From Eledone cirrhosa (lineage: Eukaryota), in assembly GCA_964016885.1 (NCBI GenBank), contig OZ024742.1, positions 345,898,001-345,962,000 of the forward strand: a stretch of 64,000 nucleotides of DNA, read 5' to 3'. The position numbers and the translations under genes were made by a program. Shown piece after piece: positions 1 through 10,800 of this stretch (positions are counted from its first letter, which is position 1; each line of letters begins with the position of its first letter). The notes below the pieces were generated by a model. The model searched no databases. It was not told where the DNA came from and saw only the letters and a list, made by a program, of their open reading frames with translations.

Positions 1-514
1 CAAGGAAATAAGTAATCGAAGGGCTTCTCACTCCTCTCGTACTGTAGTACCCTTAAATGGACGTACTAATTTGCATAGTGTTAGTGCTCGTGTTTGTAGT
101 TTCTCTCGGGTTTCGAATAATGCCCGCGCCCCACTGCTTATTAATTTTTAGATTTGTTCCACAACCCCCACCCCCAACCACCACCACCACCACCACCCCC
201 GCTTATTAAATTTAGCTAATCTATCTCCGGCGAAGTTTTATTTTAAGTGGTAGCATTCCTGCGACAATTCATTTTATTTCATACTTTAAAAAACATTAAA
301 TATGACCCCAAAAAGTACATTACTGGAAATCTCATATGTTATAAAATAAATAGGATGGGTTGGGTTCTCAGTATGTAAAATAAATCAACGAAGACGACCT
401 AGAAGAATTGCCGATTTTCCACCCATCCCCGTGCTTATTACAGCTTCCTGCTTATTCCAACTCCCTCGCTTATCATTACCCACTCCCCCTTCCCCGCTTA
501 CCCAGCTCCGCCTC

Positions 515-775
515 CGAGCATGCATTCATTGAAGTTCCGACGTCCGGCAATGGACTTGGTAAACACCACCAAAGTTATTAACTATCTGGCTAACAACAAC
601 CCTGAACACGTTTTTGATTTCCATGTGTCTAACACCTGTGGGCATGCCTACAAAATCAGAAAACAGCGCAGCTCCCATGACATTTTTTTCACGCTCACAG
701 TTGCAGAAGCATGGAAACAAACTACCTGCATCAGTTGTTAGCTGTCGAGACACTGCATGCTTTAAAACCTCCATG
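515..775 (+). mobile_element. 3' end of CR1/L2-like LINE ORF2 (degenerate, frameshifted)
   Basis: Joined frames read DLVNTTKVIN...GHAYKIRKQRSSHD.FFTLTVAEAW/NKLPASVVSCRDTACFKTSM, resembling the GH..K+...FF..RV...WN.LP C-terminus of CR1/L2 ORF2. Confidence 0.7.
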
Positions 776-1245
776 GAACAAACTACCTGCATCAGTTGTT
801 AGCTGTCGAGACACTGCATGCTTTAAAACCTCCATGGAACAAACTACCTGCATCAGTTGTTAGCTGTCGAGACACTGCATGCTTTAAAACCTCCATGGAA
901 CAAACTACCTGCATCAGTTGTTAGCTGTCGAGACACTGCATGCTTTAAAACCTCCATGGAACAAACTACCTGCATCAGTTGTTAGCTGTCGAGACACTGC
1001 ATGCTTTAAAACCTCCATGGAACAAACTACCTGCATCAGTTGTTAGCTGTCGAGACACTGCATGCTTTAAAACCTCCATGGAACAAACTACCTGCATCAG
1101 TTGTTAACTGTTGAGACACTGCATCCTTTAAAATCTCCATGGAAAAAACTACCTGCATCAGTTGTTAGCTGTCGAGACACTGCATCCTTTAAAACCTCCA
1201 TGGAACAAACTACCCGCATCAGTTGTTAGCTGTCGAGACACTGTA
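710..1245. repeat. 61-bp tandem repeat, ~9 copies, derived from the LINE 3' coding end
   Basis: Unit catggaacaaactacctgcatcagttgttagctgtcgagacactgcatgctttaaaacctc; register shifts by 1 base per 60-base line. Confidence 0.95.
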
Positions 1246-1625
1246 TCATAATATATATATATATACGTATATATGAAGAAGTGGGGAAGCAACACAAGAA
1301 AACAAGATATAAAAATATTTTACATTACTTCACATGATGTATCTATCGATTTATTCTGTATCTTATAATATTTTCTGCTCTTGTTTATGAATAAATGACC
1401 GTTTTTTATGAGTGTTTTCATGAGTGTATGTGTATATTTTCTTTTGTGTTTGTGTTTGTATGTTTGTGTGTACACATATGTTAATATAGTTTATATAAAA
1501 TGTGCGTGTATATATTCATATTGAAACACATTTCATGTTAAACTTGTATTTCTACATATAAATATAAAACCAATGTTGTCAACGAAATATTAAAAGTCGA
1601 CTTTATACATTACAATTCAATGCTA

Positions 1626-1830
1626 GGCTGGTGGAATGGCAAAATCGGTAGAGCGTTGAACAAAGTTATAGCACTTTAAATTCTGAGTTCAAATGGAGCC
1701 GAGGTCAGCTTAGCCTTTCAGCCATCCGGGCTCGATAAAATATAGTACCAGTCATGTATTGGAGTCGATGTAGTTGGGTCCCCTCCACCCCTTTCAAACT
1801 GTTGGTATTGTGCGTAAATTAGAAATCAAT
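1626..1830 (+). mobile_element. tRNA-derived SINE (diverged copy)
   Basis: Box A-like tggcaaaatcggtag, box B-like gagttcaaat, central gcctttca..c..gggctcgataaaa..agtaccagt shared with other copies in the window. Confidence 0.75.
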
Positions 1831-2312
1831 ATTCTAAGTTCATATAAGAGAAGGTATCAAAACAATATCAACAGTTGGTTATTTTTCTTATTGTTGGATA
1901 TGGTTGTTGTAGAATTATACACCACTAGCAGAAAAACCACCATTCGGGTGGTTTTTCTGCTAGCGTATGTAGTGTGTATATTGATATTATACGCAAGTAG
2001 ATATACATGTAGATATGATACATCAAATGAAATCGTAATTGACAACATATACAGAAATTGAACGAGGACTGCGTTGCACTGCTTATGTAATCAGTAACGT
2101 AATCCATGATATATTAAAAAAAGACGATATTATATATAAACTGCATTAGGAGAAAATTAGTGACGGAAATATATGAATGTTTATTTAAGCTAACCGGAAG
2201 TGTTGACATTTGAAATTTTTAAAGAAGTGAATCTTTAAATAAATAATAAAATATATTTAATGAACACCCACGAAATTTCGCAGACAGTGTATGTAATATC
2301 CATTCATTATTT

Positions 2313-2498
2313 AGTGGATTGGCAGTATAAGTAGAGAGTCGGAGCCATGCTTTCTAGCATAGAGTTACGTCCCTATACGGACTGAGTTCAAATCATTCCA
2401 AGGTTAACTTTGCCTTTCATCCTTACGGGGTCGATAAAATAAAGTACCAGTAATGTACTGGGTAATTGCTGGCCTTGTGCCAAAAGTAGAAACAATTA
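2313..2498 (+). mobile_element. tRNA-derived SINE
   Basis: gagttcaaat box B, gcctttcatccttacggggtcgataaaataaagtaccagt core (Meta/MESC-domain-like), 3' ggccttgtgccaaaagtagaaacaatt. Confidence 0.85.
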
Positions 2499-2689
2499 TT
2501 TATTGAAAGTAATCCAACTTATTTTACAAACTGGATAAAAAAATATATTCTGGACGCAGTCCCGCACTCCTTACTTGATTACATTTCATGAGAATGTAAT
2601 CAAATTTACAGCTACCATGTACATAGGGATAACTGTGGTCCTACATGAGTTCATCACATAGGAGATTTTTCAGTTGTTTTATTGACAGA

Positions 2690-2820
2690 GGTTCTAGTTC
2701 TATCATGGAAGGCAATATGAAATTAAGTGTTTAGCTCAAGAACTCAATGTGCCTTTCGATCAAAGATTCGAACACACAGTCTTAAGATCATGAGTCAAAC
2801 ATCTTAACTGCTTGGCCATG
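2690..2820 (-). mobile_element. Second SINE family fragment (CORE-SINE-like head)
   Basis: ttaagtgtttagctcaagaa...gattcgaac...cttaactgcttggccatg reads as the reverse complement of a tRNA head followed by CORE-like sequence. Confidence 0.55.
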
Positions 2821-2848
2821 TTTATATATAGCATTATATATTGATTTA

Positions 2849-3036
2849 GGCAGTGGATTGGCAGTATCGGTAGAGGGTCGGACGCCACTCTTTGACGCAT
2901 AGAGTTACGGCCCTTGCCATTCCGAGTTCAAATCCCGCCGAGGTTAACTTTGCCTTTCATCCTTACGGCGTCGATAACATAAACTACCAGTAATGTACTG
3001 GGATAATTGCTGGCCTTGTGCCAAAAGTAGAAACAA
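2849..3036 (+). mobile_element. tRNA-derived SINE with target-site duplication
   Basis: Full head-core-tail; attatatattgatttaggca repeated on both sides (~2834 and ~3036). Confidence 0.9.
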
Positions 3037-3049
3037 TTATATATTGATT

Positions 3050-3245
3050 TAGGCACAAGGCCAACAATTCTGTGAAAGGGAAAGTCGATTAAATCAACTC
3101 CAGTGCATTACTGGTACTTTATTTTATCGACCCCTATAAGGACGAAAGGCAAAATTAACTTCAGCAGCATTGAACTCAGATCGTAAAGGGGCTTAACCCT
3201 ATGCTATAAGGCATGTTGTCCGACGCTCCACTGATACTGCAATTC
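3050..3245 (-). mobile_element. tRNA-derived SINE, tail-to-tail with the previous copy
   Basis: ggcacaaggcc...ctggtactttattttatcgacccc...aaaggcaaa...tgaactcaga is the reverse complement of the same family. Confidence 0.85.
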
Positions 3246-3331
3246 AATCAATATATATGGGCAGACCACAATTTAATTTTCTAATGGGAGCTTTATCAGT
3301 GACTGCGAAGTTTCGGCGATGAATCCTTGTC

Positions 3332-3332
3332 A

Positions 3333-3367
<35 letters not shown>

Positions 3368-3368
3368 C

Positions 3369-3448
<80 letters not shown>
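3332..3448. repeat. (TA)n-(TG)n-(GA)n compound microsatellite
   Basis: Directly visible. Confidence 0.95.
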
Positions 3449-3450
<2 letters not shown>

Positions 3451-3559
3451 TACGGCCCTAGCTGTCATTGTTGTCGCTATTACAGTGGCTGACCTTGTTG
3501 TTGTCGCAGGTGTAGCAGTGGATATACAAACAATGGCCCATCCCTAAAGACAAATAGCA

Positions 3560-4310
3560 CCCCATGAATTCCTGCTGACTACTAATCAGGTTTGACGACA
3601 TTGGATGGCAACAGGCCACTTTACATGTCAGATATGGCGGCCTTGGCCTCCGGTCCCCGATCTATCTGGCTTTGCAGGCGTTTCTTTCGCCGGTAAGCTT
3701 ATGCCGCGTCCACGTCACCAGGGTTCTCCAAAACACAAGGGAACCTGAGGCCGCCCGTGAGACGTGGGACCGGCTGGGACTTAGCCCAGTAGACTCTTTC
3801 GGCCTCCACCCGCTTTCTGTCCCCACAGTGCCGGCCGCCTTCCACGCCATGCTACCCTCAACGAGGTCATAAAGCATGGCTTGGACGCTGCAGGCTTCCC
3901 TTCCTAGCTCGAGCCGGTGGGGCTGGACCGAGGGACGGTAAAAGACCAGACGGCACGACCATCTTCCCGTTCCGCGGTGGCAAACCCCTCGTCTGGATGC
4001 CACTTGCAGTGACACTTTCTTCAGCTGCAAGCTGATGCAGTCTGTGACTAACCCAAGTTCTGCTGCACTTCGGGCTGAGGAGGCTTAACTTTCCAAATAC
4101 CGGTCGCTCTCCGATAGGTTTTCGGTCGTACTCTTGGCAGTGGAGATTTCTGGTGTCCTTGGCTCTAGGGCTATCTCCCTACTCACCACCTTAGGCGCTG
4201 AGCTGGCCAGCCGCAGGTGTGAGCCTCGCGAGTTGGAATGGCTCTTCCAGCGCATCTCCCTTGCCATCCTCTGGGGAAACGCCTTCTACATTCTGTCAGC
4301 CGGGGATGTG
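3560..4310 (+). mobile_element. CRE-clade non-LTR retrotransposon 3' part (RLE endonuclease), degenerate
   Basis: WQQATLHVRYGGLGLRS...RHATLNEVIK...LEPVGLDRG/DGKRPDGTTIFPF..GKPLVW/DATCSDT...LAVEISGVLG...WLFQRISLAILWGNA; stops and frameshifts. Confidence 0.8.
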
Positions 4311-4550
4311 GGGAGGCCAGCATGTGGGACCACATTTGCTCACCATACGGAGAGATGGGGAGGGCCAGAGAAATGGAGGAGATGACAGTGGGGGTTCGGC
4401 TGTTCTTACTGGGCTCCTTGGACTCTAGGTTGATGTACTAACTGAACTATATATTAATCTAAGCCCTTTTCAAATGGAAATACTAAACCGTTGCCTGTCC
4501 TCTTTCCCTCTTGTTTCTCTCTCTCTCTCTCTATCTATCTCTCTCTCTCA

Positions 4551-4581
<31 letters not shown>

Positions 4582-4846
4582 ACTCTCTCTCTCTCTCTCT
4601 CTTGATCCTATTTTTCCCCCTTTCTCTCTTTGTATACCAATCCTATTGGCCAGCTGTACAATACTTTACAATTCCTTACAATTCCTCACTTCTGTGATAT
4701 TGAAAACCACCATTCACCATCTACCCACTGCCGTCTCCCACCCACCATAACCCAATAAGATGTATATAAAACGAACACGGGAAATATGTCAACAGTTTGG
4801 TTGGGACCTCCCATGTAAACTCTCATGTCTGAAGAAGTGTCAAGAG

Positions 4847-5275
4847 CAGCGGTTCCCAACCTTTTATAATAAATACCACCTTAATGATATAGCAAAACAG
4901 TATGGCCCCACAAACAAATTAAAATTTTTGATATCATTTTTTTATGTAGAAATAATTTCGGCATGTCTTTTTATTTCAATCTAATAATTTAAAATAAATA
5001 TGTATCCTGTTAAAGAAATAACTTTCTTTACTAAGTTTATTTACTAAAACATAAATTGTTATATCCAGATTTAAATAATTATCAAGTGAAGTAAAATCAT
5101 AATTAGAAAAGGTAGAAAGTTGACAAAAAGTTGAATATTAAAAATTTGAAGCAAGAAAAAGAAAAAATTATGTTAGGAAACTACTCTTCTTTTTTATGTA
5201 TGAAATTTTGTGATTTTTAGTTATTTCCCGTGGCTCCCCAATAACTTGCTATGGCTCACTGGTTGGGAACCAATG
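4847..5275. mobile_element. hAT-type MITE
   Basis: TIRs cagcggttcccaac / gttgggaaccaatg; perfect 8-bp TSD gtcaagag at 4839-4846 and 5276-5283. Confidence 0.9.
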
Positions 5276-5399
5276 GTCAAGAGTGTGTAGTTCTTTAGAA
5301 ATGTGTTAACAAAATGATGAAAAGATTGAAGATAACTGAAGAAGATAGATTTTACATTAAACACAACCACAAGGATATGGTCCGAACATGGAAAAGCCC

Positions 5400-5503
5400 A
5401 ACTCCCACTGTCATCGCCCCCATCTCTCTCACTCTCCTCATCCCACGGGCTGGCCTGTCCACAGCCCCGGCGGACAGAATGGAGAAGGCGTTTCCCCGGA
5501 GGA
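5400..5503 (-). mobile_element. Short 3' fragment of the same CRE-like element
   Basis: Reverse strand encodes LRGNAFSILSAGAV, matching 4270-4310 and 41520-41565. Confidence 0.75.
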
Positions 5504-5516
5504 GAGTAAGGAAGAT

Positions 5517-5590
<74 letters not shown>

Positions 5591-5673
5591 GGTGGTGGTG
5601 GTGGTGGTGGTAGTAGTAGTAGTAGTAATAGTAGTATTGGTGGTGGTGGTGGTGGTGGTGGTGATAGTAGTAA

Positions 5674-5743
<70 letters not shown>

Positions 5744-5769
5744 ACTGGTGGTGGTGGTGGTGGTAGTAT

Positions 5770-5827
<58 letters not shown>

Positions 5828-5847
5828 GGTGGTGGTGGTGCTGGTGA

Positions 5848-5936
<89 letters not shown>

Positions 5937-6287
5937 ATAGTGGTAGTAGTAGTAATAGTGGTAGTGGTAGTAGTAGTAGTAATAGTGGTAGTGGTAGTAG
6001 TATTAGTAGTAGTAGCAGTAGTAATATTGGCAGTAGTAGTAGTAGTAGTAGTAGTAGTAGCAGTAGTAATAGTGGTAGTGGTAGTAGTAGTAGTATTAGT
6101 AGTAGTAGCAGTAGTAATATTGGCAGTAGTAGTAGTAGTAGTAGTAGTAGTAGCAGTAGTAGTAGTAGTAGTAATAGTAGTAGTAGTAGTAATAGTGGTA
6201 GTGGTAGTAGTAGTAGTAATAGTGGTAGTGGTAGTTCTAGTAGTAGTAGTAGTAATAGTAGTAGTAGTAGTAGTAGTGGTAGTAGTC
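5517..6287. repeat. (GTA)n/(GTG)n trinucleotide microsatellite
   Basis: Directly visible; source of the poly-V and poly-T pseudo-ORFs. Confidence 0.97.
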
Positions 6288-6368
6288 TTGTATGACATAT
6301 GTAGTATGGTTAGAGAGATATTATGGATTGCCTCATGGCCGTCGGGAATAGTCTGAAGGGGCAATCTC

Positions 6369-7066
6369 GAACATGTAGTACTGTCTAGTCAGGGACCCAC
6401 AGTAACATGTAGTATTGTCTGATTAGGGTCCCCACAGTAACATGTAGTACTGTCTAGTCAGGGACCCACAGTAACATGTAGTACTGTCTAGTCAGGGACC
6501 CACAGTAACATGTAGTATTGTCTGATTAGGGTCCCCACAGTAACATGTAGTACTGTCTAGTCAGAGACCCCACAGTAGCATGTAGTACTGTCTATTCAGG
6601 GACCCCACAGTAACATGTATTGATGTCTGGTGAAGAACCCCACAGTAACATGTAGTACTGTCTGGTCAGGGACCCTACAGTAACATGTAGTACTGTCTAG
6701 TCAGGGTTCCCACAGTAACATGTAGTACTGTCTAGTCAGGGTCCCCACAGTAACATGTATTGATGTCTGGTTAGGGACACCACAGTAACATGTAGTACTG
6801 TCTGGTCAGGGACCCTACACTAACGTGTAGTACTGTCTGGTCAGGGACCCCACAGTAACATGTAGTACTCTCTAGTCAGGGTTCTCGCTGTAACATGTAG
6901 TACTGTCTGGTTAGAGACCCCACAGTAACATGTACTACTGTCTGGTTAGGGTCCCCACAGTCACATGTAGTACTGTCTGGTCAGGGACCCCACAGTAACA
7001 AGTTGTACTGTTAGGGTCCCCACAGTAACTGTAGTACTGTCTGGTCAGGGACCCCACAGTCACATG
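6369..7066. repeat. 34-35-bp minisatellite, ~20 copies
   Basis: Unit gtaacatgtagtactgtctagtcagggaccccaca; last copies grade into the adjacent LINE sequence. Confidence 0.95.
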
Positions 7067-7470
7067 CTGGACTGTCTTTCATTTTCCATCGAGGAAGATG
7101 AAGGTCTGTCCTGGCATGTGTTGTGTGGGTCCTATTAAGGGACACCCATTGCTTTTTGAGAAGGTCAAAGGCGACTGGTTTAGATATGAAGTCCTGGGCG
7201 AGGTTTTTGTTTAGATGTGAGGTCCAGCATGTAAGCTCAGTGAATAATATTAAGGACACACATGAGGTCCTGGATGAGGTCTTGGTTGGGAAATTTGGAT
7301 TCATTACATGATCTTCGCCACTCTTCCTTCAGACAAAGTTATTTTCTTGAAAGATCTTCACTGATACCCAGAATGGATTGCGTGATTTCAAGCGCATGTT
7401 GAGAAGGTTTTTCAGATATTCGTGGATGGGAAGGACAGGCTCGGGCTTGGTAAGAAGTGTAACATGCGAG
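7030..7470 (-). mobile_element. Vingi/Ingi-like LINE 3' fragment
   Basis: Minus strand: NMRLKSRNPFW ... WVSLNRTHTTHAR...RWKMKDSPACDCGVPDQTV (RLKSR motif and C-terminal zinc knuckle). Confidence 0.7.
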
Positions 7471-7487
7471 AAGAATCTATATGATAA

Positions 7488-7616
7488 ATGTTAGGCAAGT
7501 TAACTGGAAACTGCTGAGGGTCATATGCACACACACTCCGAACTGTGTGTTTACCATTTGCATACTCAGTTGCAGAGTACTGTTCAGCTGTCTAGGCTGG
7601 GAGTTGTCATTCCAAG
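7488..7616 (+). mobile_element. Inverted upstream piece of a Vingi-like LINE
   Basis: Plus frame KLTGNC*GSYAHTLRTVCLPFAYSVAEYCSAV*AGSCH matches the KL....WG....LR......YS.AEYC..VW motif; both W codons mutated to stops. Confidence 0.7.
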
Positions 7617-7619
7617 CAA

Positions 7620-7806
7620 TAATTGTTTCTACTATTAGCACAAGGCCAGCAATTATCTCAGTGCATTACTGGTACTTTATTTTACCGACCCCGTCAGGAT
7701 GTAGGGCAAATTTAACCTCGGCGGGATTTGAACTTAGACCATAAAGGGGCGTAAATCTAAGTTGGAAGGCATGGCGTTCGACCCTCTACCGGTACTGCCA
7801 ATTCAG
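7620..7806 (-). mobile_element. tRNA-derived SINE
   Basis: aattgtttctact..gcacaaggccagc...ctggtactttatttta...gggatttgaact...ctgccaa is the reverse complement of the main SINE. Confidence 0.85.
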
Positions 7807-7899
7807 CTCCGGCATACTGACATCTCCACCTATTCAGTGGCTTTCTAACCTGTCTCATATCAATCTGTCTACATTTCCTCACACGAGTCTGTCTACCCT

Positions 7900-10800
7900 G
7901 CTTTACATTGGGGGTTGTAATGTATCTGTCATTAAGTATATTTCACTCCCTCCCCTGTCTTACATAGGGGGTTGTAATGTATCTGTCATTAAGTATATTT
8001 TACTTCCCCCCCTACCTTACATAGGGGGTTGTAATGTATCTGTCATTAAGTATATTTCACTTCCTCCCCTACCTTACATAGGGGGTTGTAATGTATCTGT
8101 CATTAAGTATATTTCACTCCCTCCCCTACCTTACATAGGGGGTTTTAATGTATCTGTCATTAAGTATATTTCACTCCCTCCCCTACCTTACATAGGGGGT
8201 TGTAATGTATCTGTCATTAAGTATATTTTACTTCCCCCCCTACCTTACATAGGGGGTTGTAATGTATCTGTCATTAAGTATATTTCACTTCCTCCCCTGT
8301 CTTACATAGGGGGTTGTAATGTATCTGTCATTAAGTATATTTTACTTCCCCCCCTACCTTATATAGGGGGTTGTAATGTATCTGTCATTAAGTATATTTC
8401 ACTCCCTCCCCTACCTTACATAGGGGGTTGTAATGTATCTGTCATTAAGTATATTTCACTTCCTCTCCTGTCTTACATAGGGGGTTGTAATGTATCTGTC
8501 ATTAAGTATATTTCACTTCCTCCCCTACCTTACATAGGGGGTTGTAATGTATCTGTCATTAAGTATATTTCACTTCCTCCCCTACCTTACATAGGGGGTT
8601 GTAATGTATCTGTCATTAAGTATATTTCACTCCCTCCCCTACCTTACATAGGGGGTTGTAATGTATCTGTCATTAAGTATATTTCACTCCCTCCCCTACC
8701 TTACATAGGGGGTTGTAATGTATCTGTCATTAAGTATATTTCACTTCCTCCCCTACCTTACATAGGGGGTTGTAATGTATCTGTCATTAAGTATATTTCA
8801 CTCCCTCCCCTACCTTACATAGGGGGTTGTAATGTATCTGTCATTAAGTATATTTCACTTCCTCCCCTACCTTACATAGGGGGTTGTAATGTATCTGTCA
8901 TTAAGTATATTTTACTTCCCCCCCTACCTTACATAGGGGGTTGTAATGTATCTGTCATTAAGTATATTTCACTCCCTCCCCTACCTTACATAGGGGGTTG
9001 TAATGTATCTGTCATTAAGTATATTTCACTTCCTCTCCTGTCTTACATAGGGGGTTGTAATGTATCTGTCATTAAGTATATTTCACTCCCTCCCCTACCT
9101 TACATAGGGGGTTGTAATGTATCTGTCATTAAGTATATTTCACTTCCTCTCCTGTCTTACATAGGGGGTTGTAATGTATCTGTCATTAAGTATATTTCAC
9201 TCCCTCCCCTGTCGTACATAGAGGGTTGTAATGTATCTGTCATTAAGTATATTTCACTCCCTCCCCTACCTTACATAGGGGGTTGTAATGTATCTGTCAT
9301 TAAGTATATTTCACTCCCTCCCCTACCTTACATAGGGGGTTGTAATGTATCTGTCATTAAGTATATTTCACTCCCTCCCCTACCTTACATAGGGGGTTGT
9401 AATATATCTGTCATTAAGTATATTTCACTTCCTCCCCTGTCTTACATAGGGGGTTGTAATGTATCTGTCATTAAGTATATTTCACTTCCTCCCCTGTCTT
9501 ACATAGGGGGTTGTAATGTATCTGTCATTAAGTATATTTTCCTTCCCCCCCTACATTACATAGGGGGTTGTAATGTATCTGTCATTAAGTATATTTCACT
9601 TCCTCTCCTACCTTACATAGGGGGTTGTAATGTATCTGTTATTAAGTATATTTCACTACCTCTCCTGTCTTACATAGGGGGTTGTAATGTATCTGTCATT
9701 AAGTATATTTCACTTCCTCTCCTGTCTTACATAGGGGGTTGTAATGTATCTGTCATTAAGTATATTTCACTCCCTCCCCTACCTTACATAGGGGGTTGTA
9801 ATGTATCTGTCATTAAGTATATTTCACTCCCTCCCCTACCTTACATAGGGGGGTTGTAATGTATCTGTCATTAAGTATATTTTACTTCCCCCCCTACCTT
9901 ACATAGGGGGTTGTAATGTATCTGTCATTAAGTATATTTCACTCCCTCCCCTACCTTACATAGGGGGTTGTAATGTATATGTCATTAAGTATATTTCACT
10001 TCCTCCCCTACTTTACATAGGGGGTTGTAATGTATATGATATTAAGTATATTTCACTCCCTCCCCTACCTTACATAGGGGGTTGTAATGTATCTGTCATT
10101 AAGTATATTTCACTTCCTCCCCTACCTTACATAGGGGGTTGTAATGTATATGATATTAAGTATATTTCACTCCCTCCCCTACCTTACATAGGGGGTTGTA
10201 ATGTATCTGTCATTAAGTATATTTCACTCCCTCCCCTACCTTACATAGGGGGTTGTAATGTATCTCTCAATAAGTAAATTTCACTTCCTCCCCTACCTTA
10301 CATAGGGGGTTGTAATGTATCTGTCATTAAGTATATTTCACTCCCTCCCCTACCTTACATAGGGGGTTGTAATGTATCTGTCATTAAGTATATTTCACTC
10401 CCTCCCCTACCTTAAATAGGGGGTTGTAATTTATCTGTCATTAAGTATATTTCACTTCCTCCCCTACCTTACATAGGGGGTTGTAATGTATCTGTCATTA
10501 AGTATATTTCACTTCCTCCCCTACCTTACATAGGGGGTTGTAATGTATCTGTCATTAAGTATATTTCACTCCCTCCCCTACCTTACATAGGGGGTTGTAA
10601 TTTATCTGTCATTAAGTATATTTCACTCCCTCCCCTACCTTAAATAGGGGGTTGTAATTTATCTGTCATTAAGTATATTTCACTTCCTCCCCTACCTTAC
10701 ATAGGGGGTTGTAATGTATATGATATTAAGTATATTTCACTCCCTCCCCTACCTTACATAGGGGGTTGTAAAGTATCTGTCATTAAGTATATTTCACTCC

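Noticed and set aside
40-510. DNA-transposon remnant with repeated ccc.gcttatt motifs
   Set aside because: No pair of TIRs or TSD could be delimited.
1626-3245. tRNA genes
   Set aside because: Box A/B motifs belong to SINE heads followed by a shared core and tail; no full cloverleaf.
5388-6364. Poly-V and poly-T (mucin-like) ORFs
   Set aside because: Translation of a (GTA)n microsatellite.
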